Sequence record: KM407600 | Length of the DNA stretch: 64,000 bases | Reading direction: 5' to 3' (one strand) | Source: Shigella phage Shf125875 | Part shown: positions 8,862-19,323 of the stretch, piece after piece | How the letters are laid out: each line of letters opens with the position of its first letter | How positions within the stretch are numbered: position 1 is the stretch's first letter | Program-made: the position numbers and the translations under genes | The notes under the pieces: model-generated | Database searches by the model: none | Seen by the model: only the letters and a program-made list of their open reading frames with translations | Told to the model about the DNA's origin: nothing

Positions 8862-10376
8862 ATGACTGACATTAAAGTACATTTTCATGATTTTAGTCAC
8901 GTGCGCATTGAATGCGACGAAAGTACGTTTTACGAACTTCGTGACTTTTTTAGCTTTGAAGCTGACGGGTATAAATTTAACCCAAAATATCGCTATGGGC
9001 AATGGGATGGTAGAATTCGACTTTTAGATTACAATCGTTTGTTACCATATGGACTTGTAGGTCAAATAAAAAAGTTCTGTAACAATATGAGTTATTCTGT
9101 ATGGATTGACCCTAAAATCTTTGAGACTGAAGACCTTACCAGAGAAGATTTTGACGCATGGCTTTCTAAACAAGAAATTTATTCGGGCAACACCAAAATC
9201 GAACCACATTGGTATCAAAAAGATGCAGTATATGAAGGACTAGTTAATCGTCGTCGAATTTTAAACCTTCCGACATCAGCAGGTAAATCACTAATCCAAG
9301 CACTTTTAGCTCGATATTATCTAGAGAACTATGAAGGTAAAATTCTCATTATCGTCCCTACAACAGCATTGACAACCCAGATGGCTAATGATTTTGTTGA
9401 TTATCGCTTGTTTAGTCATTCGATGATTAAGAAAATTGGCGGTGGTGCTGATAAAGCCGACAAATCTAAAAACGACGCTCCAATTATTGTTGGCACATGG
9501 CAAACGGTAGTTAAGCAGCCTAAAGAATGGTTCTCTCAGTTCGGTATGATGATGAACGATGAATGCCACTTAGCAACAGGCAAAAGTATTTCTTCAATCA
9601 TCTCAGGATTAAATAATTGCATGTTTAAATTCGGTTTATCTGGCTCATTAAGAGACGGAAAAGCCAATGTAATGCAGTACGTAGGTATGTTCGGCGAAAT
9701 CTTCCGTCCTGTTAGCACGTCTAAATTAATGGAAGACGGACAGGTAACTGAGCTTAAGATTAATAGTATTTTCCTTCGTTATCCGGACGAATTCACCGTT
9801 AAATTAAAAGGTAAAACATACCAAGAAGAAGTTAAAATTATTACCGGACTAAAACGACGTACAAAGTGGATTGCTCAACTTTCAGTCAAATTGGCTAAGA
9901 AAGACGAGAACGCATTTGTAATGTTTAAACACGTTACACACGGTAAAGAAATATTTGAAGCTATTAAAGAGCTTGGATACGAAAAAGTTTATTACGTATC
10001 AGGCGAAGTTGATACTGAAACACGTAACGCGCTTAAAGTCATGGCAGAAAATGGTAAAGGCATTATTATTGTCGCATCATATGGAGTATTCTCTACTGGT
10101 ATTTCAGTCAAGAATCTTCATCATGTTATTTTTGCCCATGGTGTTAAATCAAAAATTATCGTACTTCAAACCGTAGGTCGCGTGCTTCGTAAGCATGGTT
10201 CTAAAGCTGTTGCTACAGTTTGGGATCTCATCGATGACGCAGGTGTAAAACCTAAATCATTAAATACTAAAAAGAAGTATACTCATCTTAATTACTTGTT
10301 AAAACACGGTATTGATCGTATCCAACGTTACGCTGATGAGAAATTTAACTATGTAATGAAAACAATTAATTTATAA
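8862..10376 (+). CDS. uvsW: UvsW DNA/RNA helicase
   Basis: 504-aa ORF with helicase motifs (PTSAGKS Walker A, DECH box). Confidence 0.93.
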   Translation: MTDIKVHFHDFSHVRIECDESTFYELRDFFSFEADGYKFNPKYRYGQWDGRIRLLDYNRLLPYGLVGQIKKFCNNMSYSVWIDPKIFETEDLTREDFDAWLSKQEIYSGNTKIEPHWYQKDAVYEGLVNRRRILNLPTSAGKSLIQALLARYYLENYEGKILIIVPTTALTTQMANDFVDYRLFSHSMIKKIGGGADKADKSKNDAPIIVGTWQTVVKQPKEWFSQFGMMMNDECHLATGKSISSIISGLNNCMFKFGLSGSLRDGKANVMQYVGMFGEIFRPVSTSKLMEDGQVTELKINSIFLRYPDEFTVKLKGKTYQEEVKIITGLKRRTKWIAQLSVKLAKKDENAFVMFKHVTHGKEIFEAIKELGYEKVYYVSGEVDTETRNALKVMAENGKGIIIVASYGVFSTGISVKNLHHVIFAHGVKSKIIVLQTVGRVLRKHGSKAVATVWDLIDDAGVKPKSLNTKKKYTHLNYLLKHGIDRIQRYADEKFNYVMKTINL

Positions 10377-10388
10377 GGGCTTCGGCCC
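10377..10388 (+). terminator. UUCG hairpin immediately after the uvsW stop (weak terminator or RNA stability element)
   Basis: gggcttcggccc; no strong U-tract. Confidence 0.35.
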
Positions 10389-10401
10389 TTAGGAGATAAA
10401 A

Positions 10402-10635
10402 ATGGTACTTGAATTTAAACAATTTTTATACGAAGCATCTATTGACGAATTCATGGGTAAAATTGCTAGTTGTCATACCTTAGAAGGGCTTGAAGAATTG
10501 GAAGCTTATTATAAGAAACGTATAAAAGAAACGGAATTAAAAGATACAGATGATATTTCTGTCAGGGATGCCTTAGCAGGTAAGCGTGCCGAACTTGAAG
10601 GCGACGATGATGAGGATGAGGAAGAAGACTTCTAA
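10402..10635 (+). CDS. uvsW.1: UvsW.1 small acidic protein
   Basis: 77-aa ORF directly downstream of uvsW. Confidence 0.6.
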   Translation: MVLEFKQFLYEASIDEFMGKIASCHTLEGLEELEAYYKKRIKETELKDTDDISVRDALAGKRAELEGDDDEDEEEDF

Positions 10636-10696
10636 TTAAAAAAAAAGGCCCGACCTTTTTGGAAGGGCCAAAAACCATAGGCAAAAAAAGGTAACA

Positions 10697-10864
10697 CTAT
10701 AGTAAAAGTTGGGTTTCGTTCAATTGCTCTTCTGAACTTTCTGAAACCGGCAATTGTTGGACATAATTATAACAAGGACCAGGATGTGCTGGACCTTTGT
10801 CTGTTTCAACAACCAATGCAGAATCGATTGGAGTTTTACAGACAACACAAATCTTATCTGACAT
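10697..10864 (-). CDS. small Cys-rich protein (55 aa, below ORF-track threshold)
   Basis: Hand-translated codon by codon: MSDKICVVCKTPIDSALVVETDKGPAHPGPCYNYVQQLPVSESSEEQLNETQLLL; GGAGG Shine-Dalgarno 5 nt upstream. Confidence 0.4.
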   Translation of the reverse strand: MSDKICVVCKTPIDSALVVETDKGPAHPGPCYNYVQQLPVSESSEEQLNETQLLL

Positions 10865-10896
10865 GATTGCCTCCTAAGTTGAAATTACATATCTAT

Positions 10897-11121
10897 TTAT
10901 ACCACTCGCATGCACATATCGATACCCATATCTTTTGTATAAAAATACTCGTCGATATACCCAGCAAACTTCCCTTTAATATAAAGGACGTCTTCGCCGC
11001 AAGGATGGTCTGCCAGGATACGAATATCCTGACGTCGTAGACGATACTTTTCCATTAAGAATTTAATTTCGGTTTCAAATTCTTCATCATTATTAAAGGC
11101 ATCTTCAATTGAATAACGCAT
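10897..11121 (-). CDS. hypothetical protein (uvsY.-1 position)
   Basis: 74-aa ORF overlapping the uvsY stop. Confidence 0.5.
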   Translation of the reverse strand: MRYSIEDAFNNDEEFETEIKFLMEKYRLRRQDIRILADHPCGEDVLYIKGKFAGYIDEYFYTKDMGIDMCMRVV

Positions 11122-11534
11122 TATTGCCCCGCTTCAAATTCTCGCATATCTTGAATATGTTTAAGTGCAAAACTACGAGACTTAACTGCGTCAAGTGCCC
11201 CACTACAGAACTCAAGTAAAATTCCCCAGTATTGTAAAGTAGTCTCTATTTTAAGCACATCTTTATCTGCAGCCAGGACAGTTTTCATTTCAGATTTCTC
11301 ATATCGGTCCATACTGAATTCATCACCATCACCTCGTCCCGAGTAGTAGTCTAATCTTGCTTTTAGAGCAGTTTTCTTCTGAGTCTCTATACGCAACATT
11401 TCTTTACGAATAAATGAGTGCTTACGTAGCCATTTGCTGTATAACTTAACATTATTCGCCGTCTCATATTGCAACTTTGTCGTATCAATAGCTAAGTCTG
11501 CGTCTAACTCTTCCTGTAAATCTTCCAGCTTCAT
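11121..11534 (-). CDS. uvsY: UvsY recombination mediator
   Basis: Track ORF is 164 aa; internal Met at residue 28 (MKLEDLQEEL) gives 137 aa, matching T4 UvsY. Confidence 0.9.
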   Translation of the reverse strand: MKLEDLQEELDADLAIDTTKLQYETANNVKLYSKWLRKHSFIRKEMLRIETQKKTALKARLDYYSGRGDGDEFSMDRYEKSEMKTVLAADKDVLKIETTLQYWGILLEFCSGALDAVKSRSFALKHIQDMREFEAGQ

Positions 11535-11614
11535 AATGTTCTCTCTTTTAACTAATAATCTCCCGGCTGTATCGGAAGGACCTAAAACCATTATACATAG
11601 GTTGCCTTGAAGCA

Positions 11615-12013
11615 TTACACTCTATTGCTTGACGCTAACTGAAGTTTAATTTGTTCAATATCGTCAGGGTTGTCTACGACCGAAAATCTAATCTCTACTA
11701 TAACCGTATAGTCATCATATACTGGCGTTACACTTACAGAAAGTTTGTCGATGCGTGGCTCATAGTTACGAACAGCTGCCTGGATATTACGCTCAATCGT
11801 ATCGGCTGTAAGTGGTGTCATGTTCTCGAAAAGTTCATCAACCAAATCGCATCCAAATTCAGGGTCGAAGGGGCGTGAGCCTTTTCTAGTTGTCACTATG
11901 CCAAGAAGACTATTTTTAATAGAACGAAGTCCTACAGAACGAGCAACGTCCTTGTTCCAATCCATACGCATTTCTGGGTCGATATCTGAATAAAGTTTAT
12001 TGATATTAGACAT
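11615..12013 (-). CDS. 25: baseplate wedge subunit gp25
   Basis: 132-aa ORF recognised as gp25. Confidence 0.9.
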   Translation of the reverse strand: MSNINKLYSDIDPEMRMDWNKDVARSVGLRSIKNSLLGIVTTRKGSRPFDPEFGCDLVDELFENMTPLTADTIERNIQAAVRNYEPRIDKLSVSVTPVYDDYTVIVEIRFSVVDNPDDIEQIKLQLASSNRV

Positions 12014-12639
12014 TATAGTAACTCAAAGAATTCTTTGAGGCCTCGTATTGTGTGAACGTGTGACGCCCCACATTTGGGACATTTAATAGGGGTTGCCAGA
12101 TAAATTGATGGCGACACCAAAAGATTTTTAATATTGATCATGTCATCTTCTGTTATAAGGCCGTAAAGGTCGTTTATTTCTGCTTCAGTTAAATCTTCAA
12201 CAGGGATAGACTCTCCATTGACAAAAACAGCCTCAATACATGAAGCAATCATTAATGCGATATTTTTATCATCAAATAATTTAGGTTGACGGAACTTAAT
12301 TTTAATACCGCTGAACGAATACCAGGGATCGGCCTGTTCATCTAATTGAGTGTGCAATAAATTCATATAGACTTGAAATGAATGCCCACAGGAACAATTC
12401 CAGGTGTGTTCTTGATTCACTTCACCTAATGAATGTGCCCACAGATTTACCAACAATAGCTCGGCTTCTTGTTTAGTCAAGTTTTTAGCATTAGAGCAAT
12501 TAGTGATAATATTGTTCACTGCTGATTCAATAGTACCAGTAGCCCGAGCACCTATGAGCCCTAAATATTCTTTTAAAGTAAAGGCCCTACAATTCACTTC
12601 TTTATCGCCTAAACGTACGGTAAACGTATATTTGTACAT
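12013..12639 (-). CDS. 26: baseplate hub subunit gp26
   Basis: 208-aa ORF; late promoter upstream. Confidence 0.88.
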   Translation of the reverse strand: MYKYTFTVRLGDKEVNCRAFTLKEYLGLIGARATGTIESAVNNIITNCSNAKNLTKQEAELLLVNLWAHSLGEVNQEHTWNCSCGHSFQVYMNLLHTQLDEQADPWYSFSGIKIKFRQPKLFDDKNIALMIASCIEAVFVNGESIPVEDLTEAEINDLYGLITEDDMINIKNLLVSPSIYLATPIKCPKCGASHVHTIRGLKEFFELL

Positions 12640-12657
12640 GTTAACTCCTTTATTGTG

Positions 12658-12665
12658 TATTTATA
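12658..12665 (-). promoter_or_regulatory. late promoter for genes 26/25 (overlaps the divergent 51 promoter)
   Basis: Plus-strand TATTTATA is TATAAATA on the minus strand, 19 nt upstream of the 26 ATG. Confidence 0.65.
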
Positions 12666-12669
12666 AATA
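12662..12669 (+). promoter_or_regulatory. late promoter for gene 51
   Basis: Exact TATAAATA 18 nt upstream of the 51 ATG. Confidence 0.7.
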
Positions 12670-12686
12670 ATAGAAAAGGAGTAATT

Positions 12687-13439
12687 ATGGCTAATATAAT
12701 TCGTTGTAAATTACCGGATGGTGTTCATCGTTTTAAGCCGTTCACTGTGGCGGATTATAGAGACTTTTTACTAGTTAGAAATGATATCGAACATCGTTCG
12801 CCGCAAGAACAAAAAGAAATAATTGCCGATCTGATTGATGATTATTTTGGCGAGTACCCTAAAACATGGCAACCATTTATATTCCTGCAAGTTTTTGCAG
12901 GATCTATAGGCAAAACAAAAGTTCCCGTTATTTTCACTTGCCCTAAATGCTCTAAAGAAAAAACTGCACCATTTGAGATATATCAAAAAGAACTAGTCGA
13001 ACCTGAACTTGATGTTGCTGGTATAAAAATACGTTTTTCTTTCCCTGAAAAGTTTTATGACAATAAAGCATTAATGATAAGTGAAAACATAAAAGAAATA
13101 TATTATAATGATGAATGGTACCCATGGAATGATTTGACTGAAGAGAACCAAATCCAAGTAATAGAAGCAATAGACATTGACTCGCTCGAGAAGGTTATTG
13201 CTTCTATGAACCCTATTAATTTGACCCTTAGATTAGGTTGTTGTGAACGACATGTTAAAACATATACTGATATCTTAGAGGTTTTTAAATTGTTAGTTAA
13301 CCCTGATGAGATTTTTACATTCTATCAGATAAACCATTCACTAGTAAAGAGTCAATACACATTGGATTCTATTATGCAAATGATTCCTGTTGAACGTGGT
13401 ATTGCTTTAACATTAGTAGAAAAGGACCATAAAAAATGA
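12687..13439 (+). CDS. 51: baseplate hub assembly catalyst gp51
   Basis: 250-aa ORF divergent from 26; late promoter upstream. Confidence 0.88.
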   Translation: MANIIRCKLPDGVHRFKPFTVADYRDFLLVRNDIEHRSPQEQKEIIADLIDDYFGEYPKTWQPFIFLQVFAGSIGKTKVPVIFTCPKCSKEKTAPFEIYQKELVEPELDVAGIKIRFSFPEKFYDNKALMISENIKEIYYNDEWYPWNDLTEENQIQVIEAIDIDSLEKVIASMNPINLTLRLGCCERHVKTYTDILEVFKLLVNPDEIFTFYQINHSLVKSQYTLDSIMQMIPVERGIALTLVEKDHKK

Positions 13440-14608
13440 CAGTATTCCAACGTCCAGGATATCCTAACTTAAGCGTTAAATTATACCAAGATTATTCGGC
13501 TTGGCAAGAAAATAGATACGTTGAACTCGCAGCAACAATAACAACTTTAACCATGCGAGATTCGCTATATGGAAGAAATGAAGGGATTCTTCAATTTTAT
13601 GACACTAAAAACATCCACACTAAAATGGATGGTAGACAGATAGTTCAAATCTCTGTTTCAAATTCAAACACACCTCTCCAAGTTAGAACTCGAATTTACG
13701 GATGTAGACATTATTCTGTGTCTGTGGACTCAAAAGGCGACAATATTATTGCAATTGAGCTTGGAACAATACATTCTATAGAGAACCTTAAATTTGGGCG
13801 ACCGTTCTTCCCGGACGCAGGAGAATCTATACGTGAAATGTTAGGTGTCATATACAAAGACCGTACGTTAATTACTCCGCCAATAAACACTATTAATGCT
13901 TATGTTCCTGATATTCCTTGGACAAGCACATTTGATGATTATTTGGCATATGTCAGAGAATTAGGACTTGCTACAGCGAGTGATAAGTTCGTATTCGTAT
14001 GGCAAGATATTTTAGGCGTAAACATGATTGACTACGATACTCTTATTGGCCAGGAAGGCATTAAGATGATTGTAGGCGAGCCAAATACCGTAGGCCAGTA
14101 TATTCAAGAGCTTGAGTATCCATTAGTATGGGATTTCACCTGGATGACTAAAGCTAACCAATTTACAAGAGACCCTATTAAAAACGCCACAATATTCGCC
14201 CATTCATTTTTAGATACATCTATTCCGGTTATTGTTACAGGTGATGGTGATAATGCTATTCTTGTGTCAAGATCCGGCGGATATTCCGAAATGACCTATC
14301 GTAATGGATTTGAAGAAGCAAGTCGTCTTCAGACAATGGCTCAATACGACGGTTATGCTAAATGCACTACTACAGGTAATTTTAACATAACGCCTGCTAC
14401 TAAAATTATATTTGTTGACCAAAAGAACCAATTCAAATCCGAATTTTACGTGGATGAAGTTATTCATGAGTTATCAAATAACAACTCACAAACTCATCTG
14501 TACATGTTTACCAACTCAATGGTGTTAGAACCTGTTAACCCAGTTAAGGTTAAAAATGAACTTAAATCTGATTCTACCTCTAAAGAAAATAATTCTACCA
14601 CAGTCTAA
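13436..14608 (+). CDS. 27: baseplate hub subunit gp27
   Basis: 390-aa ORF; synteny and size. Confidence 0.9.
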   Translation: MTVFQRPGYPNLSVKLYQDYSAWQENRYVELAATITTLTMRDSLYGRNEGILQFYDTKNIHTKMDGRQIVQISVSNSNTPLQVRTRIYGCRHYSVSVDSKGDNIIAIELGTIHSIENLKFGRPFFPDAGESIREMLGVIYKDRTLITPPINTINAYVPDIPWTSTFDDYLAYVRELGLATASDKFVFVWQDILGVNMIDYDTLIGQEGIKMIVGEPNTVGQYIQELEYPLVWDFTWMTKANQFTRDPIKNATIFAHSFLDTSIPVIVTGDGDNAILVSRSGGYSEMTYRNGFEEASRLQTMAQYDGYAKCTTTGNFNITPATKIIFVDQKNQFKSEFYVDEVIHELSNNNSQTHLYMFTNSMVLEPVNPVKVKNELKSDSTSKENNSTTV

Positions 14609-15089
14609 TAAAAAGGTAATGATTCCCAAATTAGGGCTCAAACATTATAATCTTTTAAAGGACGTTAAAGGTCCTGATGAAAACATGAAAATCTTAGCTG
14701 ATTCTATTTGTAAAAATATGAGTCCCGCAGATTTTGATTTTGCATGTCTACATATATTGGAATTTAATAACAAACTTAAGTCTGAAGTTGAAAAAGACGG
14801 ATTCACATATAAACTAGATGACGTCTATGTATGCCAACGAACAGAATTCCAATTCCAAGGCAATACTTTTTATTTTAGACCTCCAGGCAAATTTGAACAA
14901 TTCGCTACAATCAGTGAAATGTTATCAAATTGCTTAATAAAAGTTAATGACGAAGAGAAAGAAATTTCTTTCCTTGAGATGCCTGCTTTTGTAATCAAAT
15001 GGGCAGAAGACCTTTCGACAACTATTGCTATTCCAGGCCCTAATGGTCCTATTAAGGGTATAGCAGAAATTATTGGATTGCTTGAATGA
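14556..15089 (+). CDS. 28: baseplate hub distal subunit gp28
   Basis: 177-aa ORF overlapping the 27 end. Confidence 0.85.
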   Translation: MNLNLILPLKKIILPQSNKKVMIPKLGLKHYNLLKDVKGPDENMKILADSICKNMSPADFDFACLHILEFNNKLKSEVEKDGFTYKLDDVYVCQRTEFQFQGNTFYFRPPGKFEQFATISEMLSNCLIKVNDEEKEISFLEMPAFVIKWAEDLSTTIAIPGPNGPIKGIAEIIGLLE

Positions 15090-16858
15090 AACCTGAAGAA
15101 ATGAAATCCATGCGTAGAAATAAGGTCATTGCCGATAATAAACCACAAAAAGTAGCTGCTGATGCAGCTACCGATTCATTAGAAGCATTGAATAACATTT
15201 CATCAAAACTAGACGATGTCCAAGCCGCGTCTGAACTCACATCACAAAGTGTAGAAGATAAAGGCAATGGAATTATTGAATCAATTGGAGACTTAAAGAA
15301 TTCGACAGATAATACTGCTGAAGGCACAGAGCTTATCGCAGAAGTTATTGAAAAACAAACTGAAGTCACTAAAAGTATAAACGAAGTTTCTAGTGCAATA
15401 AGCTCTAAGTTAGACCGATTAGCTACATTATTAGAGCAAAAATTACAAACATCTACCGCTATTCAAAATACAGGAGGCACCTCTCTTGAAGTAATTGAGA
15501 ACGCAATACCTGTTAAAGTGGTTGAGAATGAAACTTCTGATGAGTTGTTTAAAGCATTACCTACACCTGAAAAGATTGATAATAAGCCAGACGAAGATTT
15601 CTTCCCAGCGCCGGTTCAAGAAAGTGCTAATTCTACTTCCGATTCTAAAGGTGGAATTAGCTTTAAATTGAGCGATAAAATTGCAATGCTCACCAAAACA
15701 GTTCAAACCGGGTTTAATAAATCAATATCAATTTCAGACAGAATTGCTGGAATGCTTTTCAAATACACTATAACAGCTGCTATTGAAGCAGCAAAAATGG
15801 CCGCACTTATTCTTGGTATTGTTATCGGTATTGATTTATTGATAGTCCATTTCAAATATTGGACAGACAAGTTCACTTCTGCCTGGGATTTATTTGATGA
15901 AAACTTTACTAAATTCTCCGATGAAGCTAAAGAGTGGGGTAAATTCTTAAGTGATATATTCACTTCTATTGACTCGATAAAACAATTGTGGGAAGCTGGA
16001 GACTGGGGTGGTTTAACCGTTGCTATTGTCAAAGGTGTAGGAACAGCATTAATGAACTTAGGTGAACTAATTCAATTAGGAATGGCTAAACTCTCCGCGT
16101 CTATATTGCGTGCTATAGGTTTTGGTGATACCGCGGACGAAATAGAAGGACGTGCTTTGGAAGGATTCCAAGAAACTACTGGGAACAAATTAAAGAAAGA
16201 AGACCAAGAGAAAGTCGCTAAATATAAAATGAAGCGTGACGATGGGGAATTAGGAACCGTTTCTAAAGGTCTTGATATGTTACAACGCGGCAAAACATTC
16301 GTTACTAACTGGGTTCGTGGTAATGACAATAAAGAAGAGTTTAGTACAAGTGATGAGCGCGCTGCGGAATCAGCAAAATTAAAAGAGTTACCTGAAGAGG
16401 AGCGTAAAGAGGCGTATATAAAAGCTAATGAAACTCGTGCGGCACTGGTTAGATTTGAGGATTATATCGATAAAATCGATATGACTAATCCGGAAAATGC
16501 TAAAAACGTCGAGAAGTCTTATGCTGATTTAAGTAAACTTATTAAAGACCCTGAACTTAATAAAACTCCTGTTGTTAAAAAGGAAATAGATGCTAGATTT
16601 GAAAAGCTAAATAATAAAATGGCTGAAGTCAAAAAGGCTCAGACAACAGTTAAGCCTGAATCTTCGACTAAATCTCCGGAAGCAAAACAAGTTCAGTCAA
16701 TAGAGAAAGGACGTGCTTCTGAATCTAAACAACAGCAACCGGTAGCGGCGATTAGTAACACAAATAATGTCGTCAAAAAGAATACCGTAGTCCAGAATAT
16801 GACCCCTGTAACAAGTACAACGGCTCCTGGAATTTTCCATGCCACCGGTGTTAATTAA
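15086..16858 (+). CDS. 29: baseplate hub / tail length determinant gp29
   Basis: 590-aa ORF; synteny and size. Confidence 0.88.
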   Translation: MKPEEMKSMRRNKVIADNKPQKVAADAATDSLEALNNISSKLDDVQAASELTSQSVEDKGNGIIESIGDLKNSTDNTAEGTELIAEVIEKQTEVTKSINEVSSAISSKLDRLATLLEQKLQTSTAIQNTGGTSLEVIENAIPVKVVENETSDELFKALPTPEKIDNKPDEDFFPAPVQESANSTSDSKGGISFKLSDKIAMLTKTVQTGFNKSISISDRIAGMLFKYTITAAIEAAKMAALILGIVIGIDLLIVHFKYWTDKFTSAWDLFDENFTKFSDEAKEWGKFLSDIFTSIDSIKQLWEAGDWGGLTVAIVKGVGTALMNLGELIQLGMAKLSASILRAIGFGDTADEIEGRALEGFQETTGNKLKKEDQEKVAKYKMKRDDGELGTVSKGLDMLQRGKTFVTNWVRGNDNKEEFSTSDERAAESAKLKELPEEERKEAYIKANETRAALVRFEDYIDKIDMTNPENAKNVEKSYADLSKLIKDPELNKTPVVKKEIDARFEKLNNKMAEVKKAQTTVKPESSTKSPEAKQVQSIEKGRASESKQQQPVAAISNTNNVVKKNTVVQNMTPVTSTTAPGIFHATGVN

Positions 16859-16866
16859 GGATTATT

Positions 16867-17976
16867 ATGATTAGTGTAAAAGAAATAGTAGTAGATGCAA
16901 AGGATTTAAATAAAGCAATCCCAGTCTCAGAAAGTGCTGGGCAAAGCACTAAAACCGAAACAACTACTAAAACTTATGTTGCTCAATTTCCTACAGGAAG
17001 AGCAGCCGGAAATGACTCCACAGGAGACTTCCAGGTAACAGACCTTTATAAGAATGGATTATTATTTACCGCGTACAATATGTCTGCACGCGATTCAGGA
17101 TCCCTCAGGAATTTACGTCCGGCATACGCCGGAACTTCATCTAATGGTATCATATCAGATTTAACTGATAACGTGAAAGATGCAGTGACTAAATTCTCAA
17201 ACGGATTGCTTCCTGCCGGAGCTAATAAGTCTACTATAAATAAAACTCCTGTTGCTAATATACTTTTGCCACGTTCCAAATCTGACGTTGATACAACTTC
17301 GCATCGTTTTAATGATATCGGTGATAGCCTTATTACTAAAGGTGGAGGTACTGCTACAGGTGTTTTAAGTAACATTGCTTCCACTGCAGTCTTTGGTGCA
17401 TTAGATTCTATTACTCAAGGGCTTATGGCCGATAATAACGAACAGATTTATACGACTTCTCGTAGTATGTATGGCGGTGCTGAGAACCGTACTAAAGTCT
17501 TTACATGGGATTTAACTCCACGTTCAACTGAAGACCTTATGGCTATTATAAACATTTACCAGTATTTTAACTATTTCTCATATGGTGAGACCGGTAAATC
17601 ACAGTACGCCCAAGAGATTAAAAGTTATTTAGACGAATGGTACCGTTCAACGTTTATTGAGCCTATGACACCAGATGATGCGGTAAAAAATAAGACATTG
17701 TTTGAAAAGATTACTGCGTCATTAACAAACGTATTAGTTGTAAGCAACCCTACAATTTGGATGGTTAAAAACTTTGGTTATACATCTAAATTTGACGGGT
17801 TAACTGATGTATTTGGCCCATGTCAAATTCAAAGTGTACGTTTTGATAAAACTCCAAATGGACAATTTAATGGTCTCGCTGTTGCTCCTAACTTACCGTC
17901 AACATTTACGTTAGAGATAACAATGCGAGAAATTATTACATTAAACCGTTCTTCACTTTATGCGGGGACTTTCTAA
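16867..17976 (+). CDS. 48: baseplate tail-tube junction protein gp48
   Basis: 369-aa ORF. Confidence 0.88.
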   Translation: MISVKEIVVDAKDLNKAIPVSESAGQSTKTETTTKTYVAQFPTGRAAGNDSTGDFQVTDLYKNGLLFTAYNMSARDSGSLRNLRPAYAGTSSNGIISDLTDNVKDAVTKFSNGLLPAGANKSTINKTPVANILLPRSKSDVDTTSHRFNDIGDSLITKGGGTATGVLSNIASTAVFGALDSITQGLMADNNEQIYTTSRSMYGGAENRTKVFTWDLTPRSTEDLMAIINIYQYFNYFSYGETGKSQYAQEIKSYLDEWYRSTFIEPMTPDDAVKNKTLFEKITASLTNVLVVSNPTIWMVKNFGYTSKFDGLTDVFGPCQIQSVRFDKTPNGQFNGLAVAPNLPSTFTLEITMREIITLNRSSLYAGTF

Positions 17977-18938
17977 TGTACTCTTTAGAAGAATTTAATA
18001 ACCAAGCTATAAATGCAGATTTCCAACGAAACAATATGTTTAGTTGTGTATTTGCTACTACGCCATCGACCAAATCATCTTCACTAATTTCGTCAATTGG
18101 TAGTTTTGCTTATAATAACTTAGGGTTGGATTCTGATTGGTTAGGATTGTCTCAAGGTGATATCAATCAGGGCGTAACAACCCTGATTACAGCAGGAACA
18201 CAGAAATTAATTCGAAAATCAGGTATAAGTAAATATCTGATTGGAGCAATGAGTCAACGTACGGTACAAAGCTTGTTAGGTGAGTTCACAGTAGGAGCTT
18301 ATCTGATAGACTTCTTCAATATGGCATATAATAATACAGGTTTAATGATTTATTCTGTAAAAATGCCTGAGAACCGATTATCTTATGAAACGGATTTCAA
18401 CTATAACTCACCGAACATCCGAATTACCGGCCGAGAAATGGACCCATTAGTAATAAGCTTTAGAATGGATTCCGAAGCATCTAACTTTAGAGCAATGCAA
18501 GACTGGGTAAACTCAGTCCAAGACCCTGTAACAGGTCTTCGCGCTTTACCACAAGACGTCGAAGCAGATATTCAGGTTAATTTACATGCGCGAAATGGTT
18601 TACCACATACCGCTGTCATGTTCACTGGTTGTATTCCTGTTAGTGTCTCTTCTCCTGAGTTAACGTATGATGGTGATAATCAAATAACAGTTTTTGATGT
18701 AACATTTGCTTATCGCGTTATGCAATCAGGTGCTGTAAATAGACAGGCTGCTTTAGAATGGTTGGAATCAGGACTTATTAGTAGTGTTTCAGGAATGTTT
18801 GGAAATAATCAGAATGATTCTGGTCTAGGAAGTGCAGTATCAAGACTTTCTAGATTAGGTGGGACTGCTGGAGGTGTGTCTAATATAAACACATTGACAG
18901 GTGTGGTGAATTCTGCGTCAAGAGTTTTAGGACTATAA
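17976..18938 (+). CDS. 54: baseplate tail-tube initiator gp54
   Basis: 320-aa ORF, ATGA overlap with 48. Confidence 0.88.
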   Translation: MYSLEEFNNQAINADFQRNNMFSCVFATTPSTKSSSLISSIGSFAYNNLGLDSDWLGLSQGDINQGVTTLITAGTQKLIRKSGISKYLIGAMSQRTVQSLLGEFTVGAYLIDFFNMAYNNTGLMIYSVKMPENRLSYETDFNYNSPNIRITGREMDPLVISFRMDSEASNFRAMQDWVNSVQDPVTGLRALPQDVEADIQVNLHARNGLPHTAVMFTGCIPVSVSSPELTYDGDNQITVFDVTFAYRVMQSGAVNRQAALEWLESGLISSVSGMFGNNQNDSGLGSAVSRLSRLGGTAGGVSNINTLTGVVNSASRVLGL

Positions 18939-18940
18939 GA

Positions 18941-18966
18941 AAAAGGGAGACGTTGTCTCCCTTTAG
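18941..18966. terminator. hairpin terminator between 54 (+) and the convergent minus-strand ORF
   Basis: aaaaa-gggagacgttgtctccc-ttt. Confidence 0.65.
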
Positions 18967-18970
18967 GGGT

Positions 18971-19264
18971 TTATTTACGGAATGAAAGGAATGCTGGTGC
19001 TCGGAATGGAGTATCATCTTTAGAGTATTTAACTAATACGACCATTGGTACCTCTGTTTCTAAATGACCTGTCACTACACCGACAAAAATTTGATCAGTG
19101 TGCTCAGGGTCGCGAAAGTTTTTAAGAGGTTCCATAGCAATATGGAATGCACCTGGGAATACTCGATTCAATTCTTCAATCACAGCTTCGTTAAAAACAT
19201 CATCTGCCGGGATAACATCTTCAACTACTAGTTCTTGACCATTAAAGCGAAGCATAGATTTCAT
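18971..19264 (-). CDS. hypothetical early protein
   Basis: Track ORF trimmed to Met25 (start 19264), which lies downstream of the early promoter at 19294-19323 and has a GAGGA Shine-Dalgarno. Confidence 0.5.
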   Translation of the reverse strand: MKSMLRFNGQELVVEDVIPADDVFNEAVIEELNRVFPGAFHIAMEPLKNFRDPEHTDQIFVGVVTGHLETEVPMVVLVKYSKDDTPFRAPAFLSFRK

Positions 19265-19293
19265 AACGTTTTCCTCATGTTGTTGATTGGATG

Positions 19294-19323
19294 ATAGTAT
19301 CACACATCCATGTGTTTGTAAAC
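19294..19323 (-). promoter_or_regulatory. early promoter
   Basis: GTTTACA, 17 nt, TACTAT on the minus strand; upstream of ORF 18971..19264. Confidence 0.6.
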
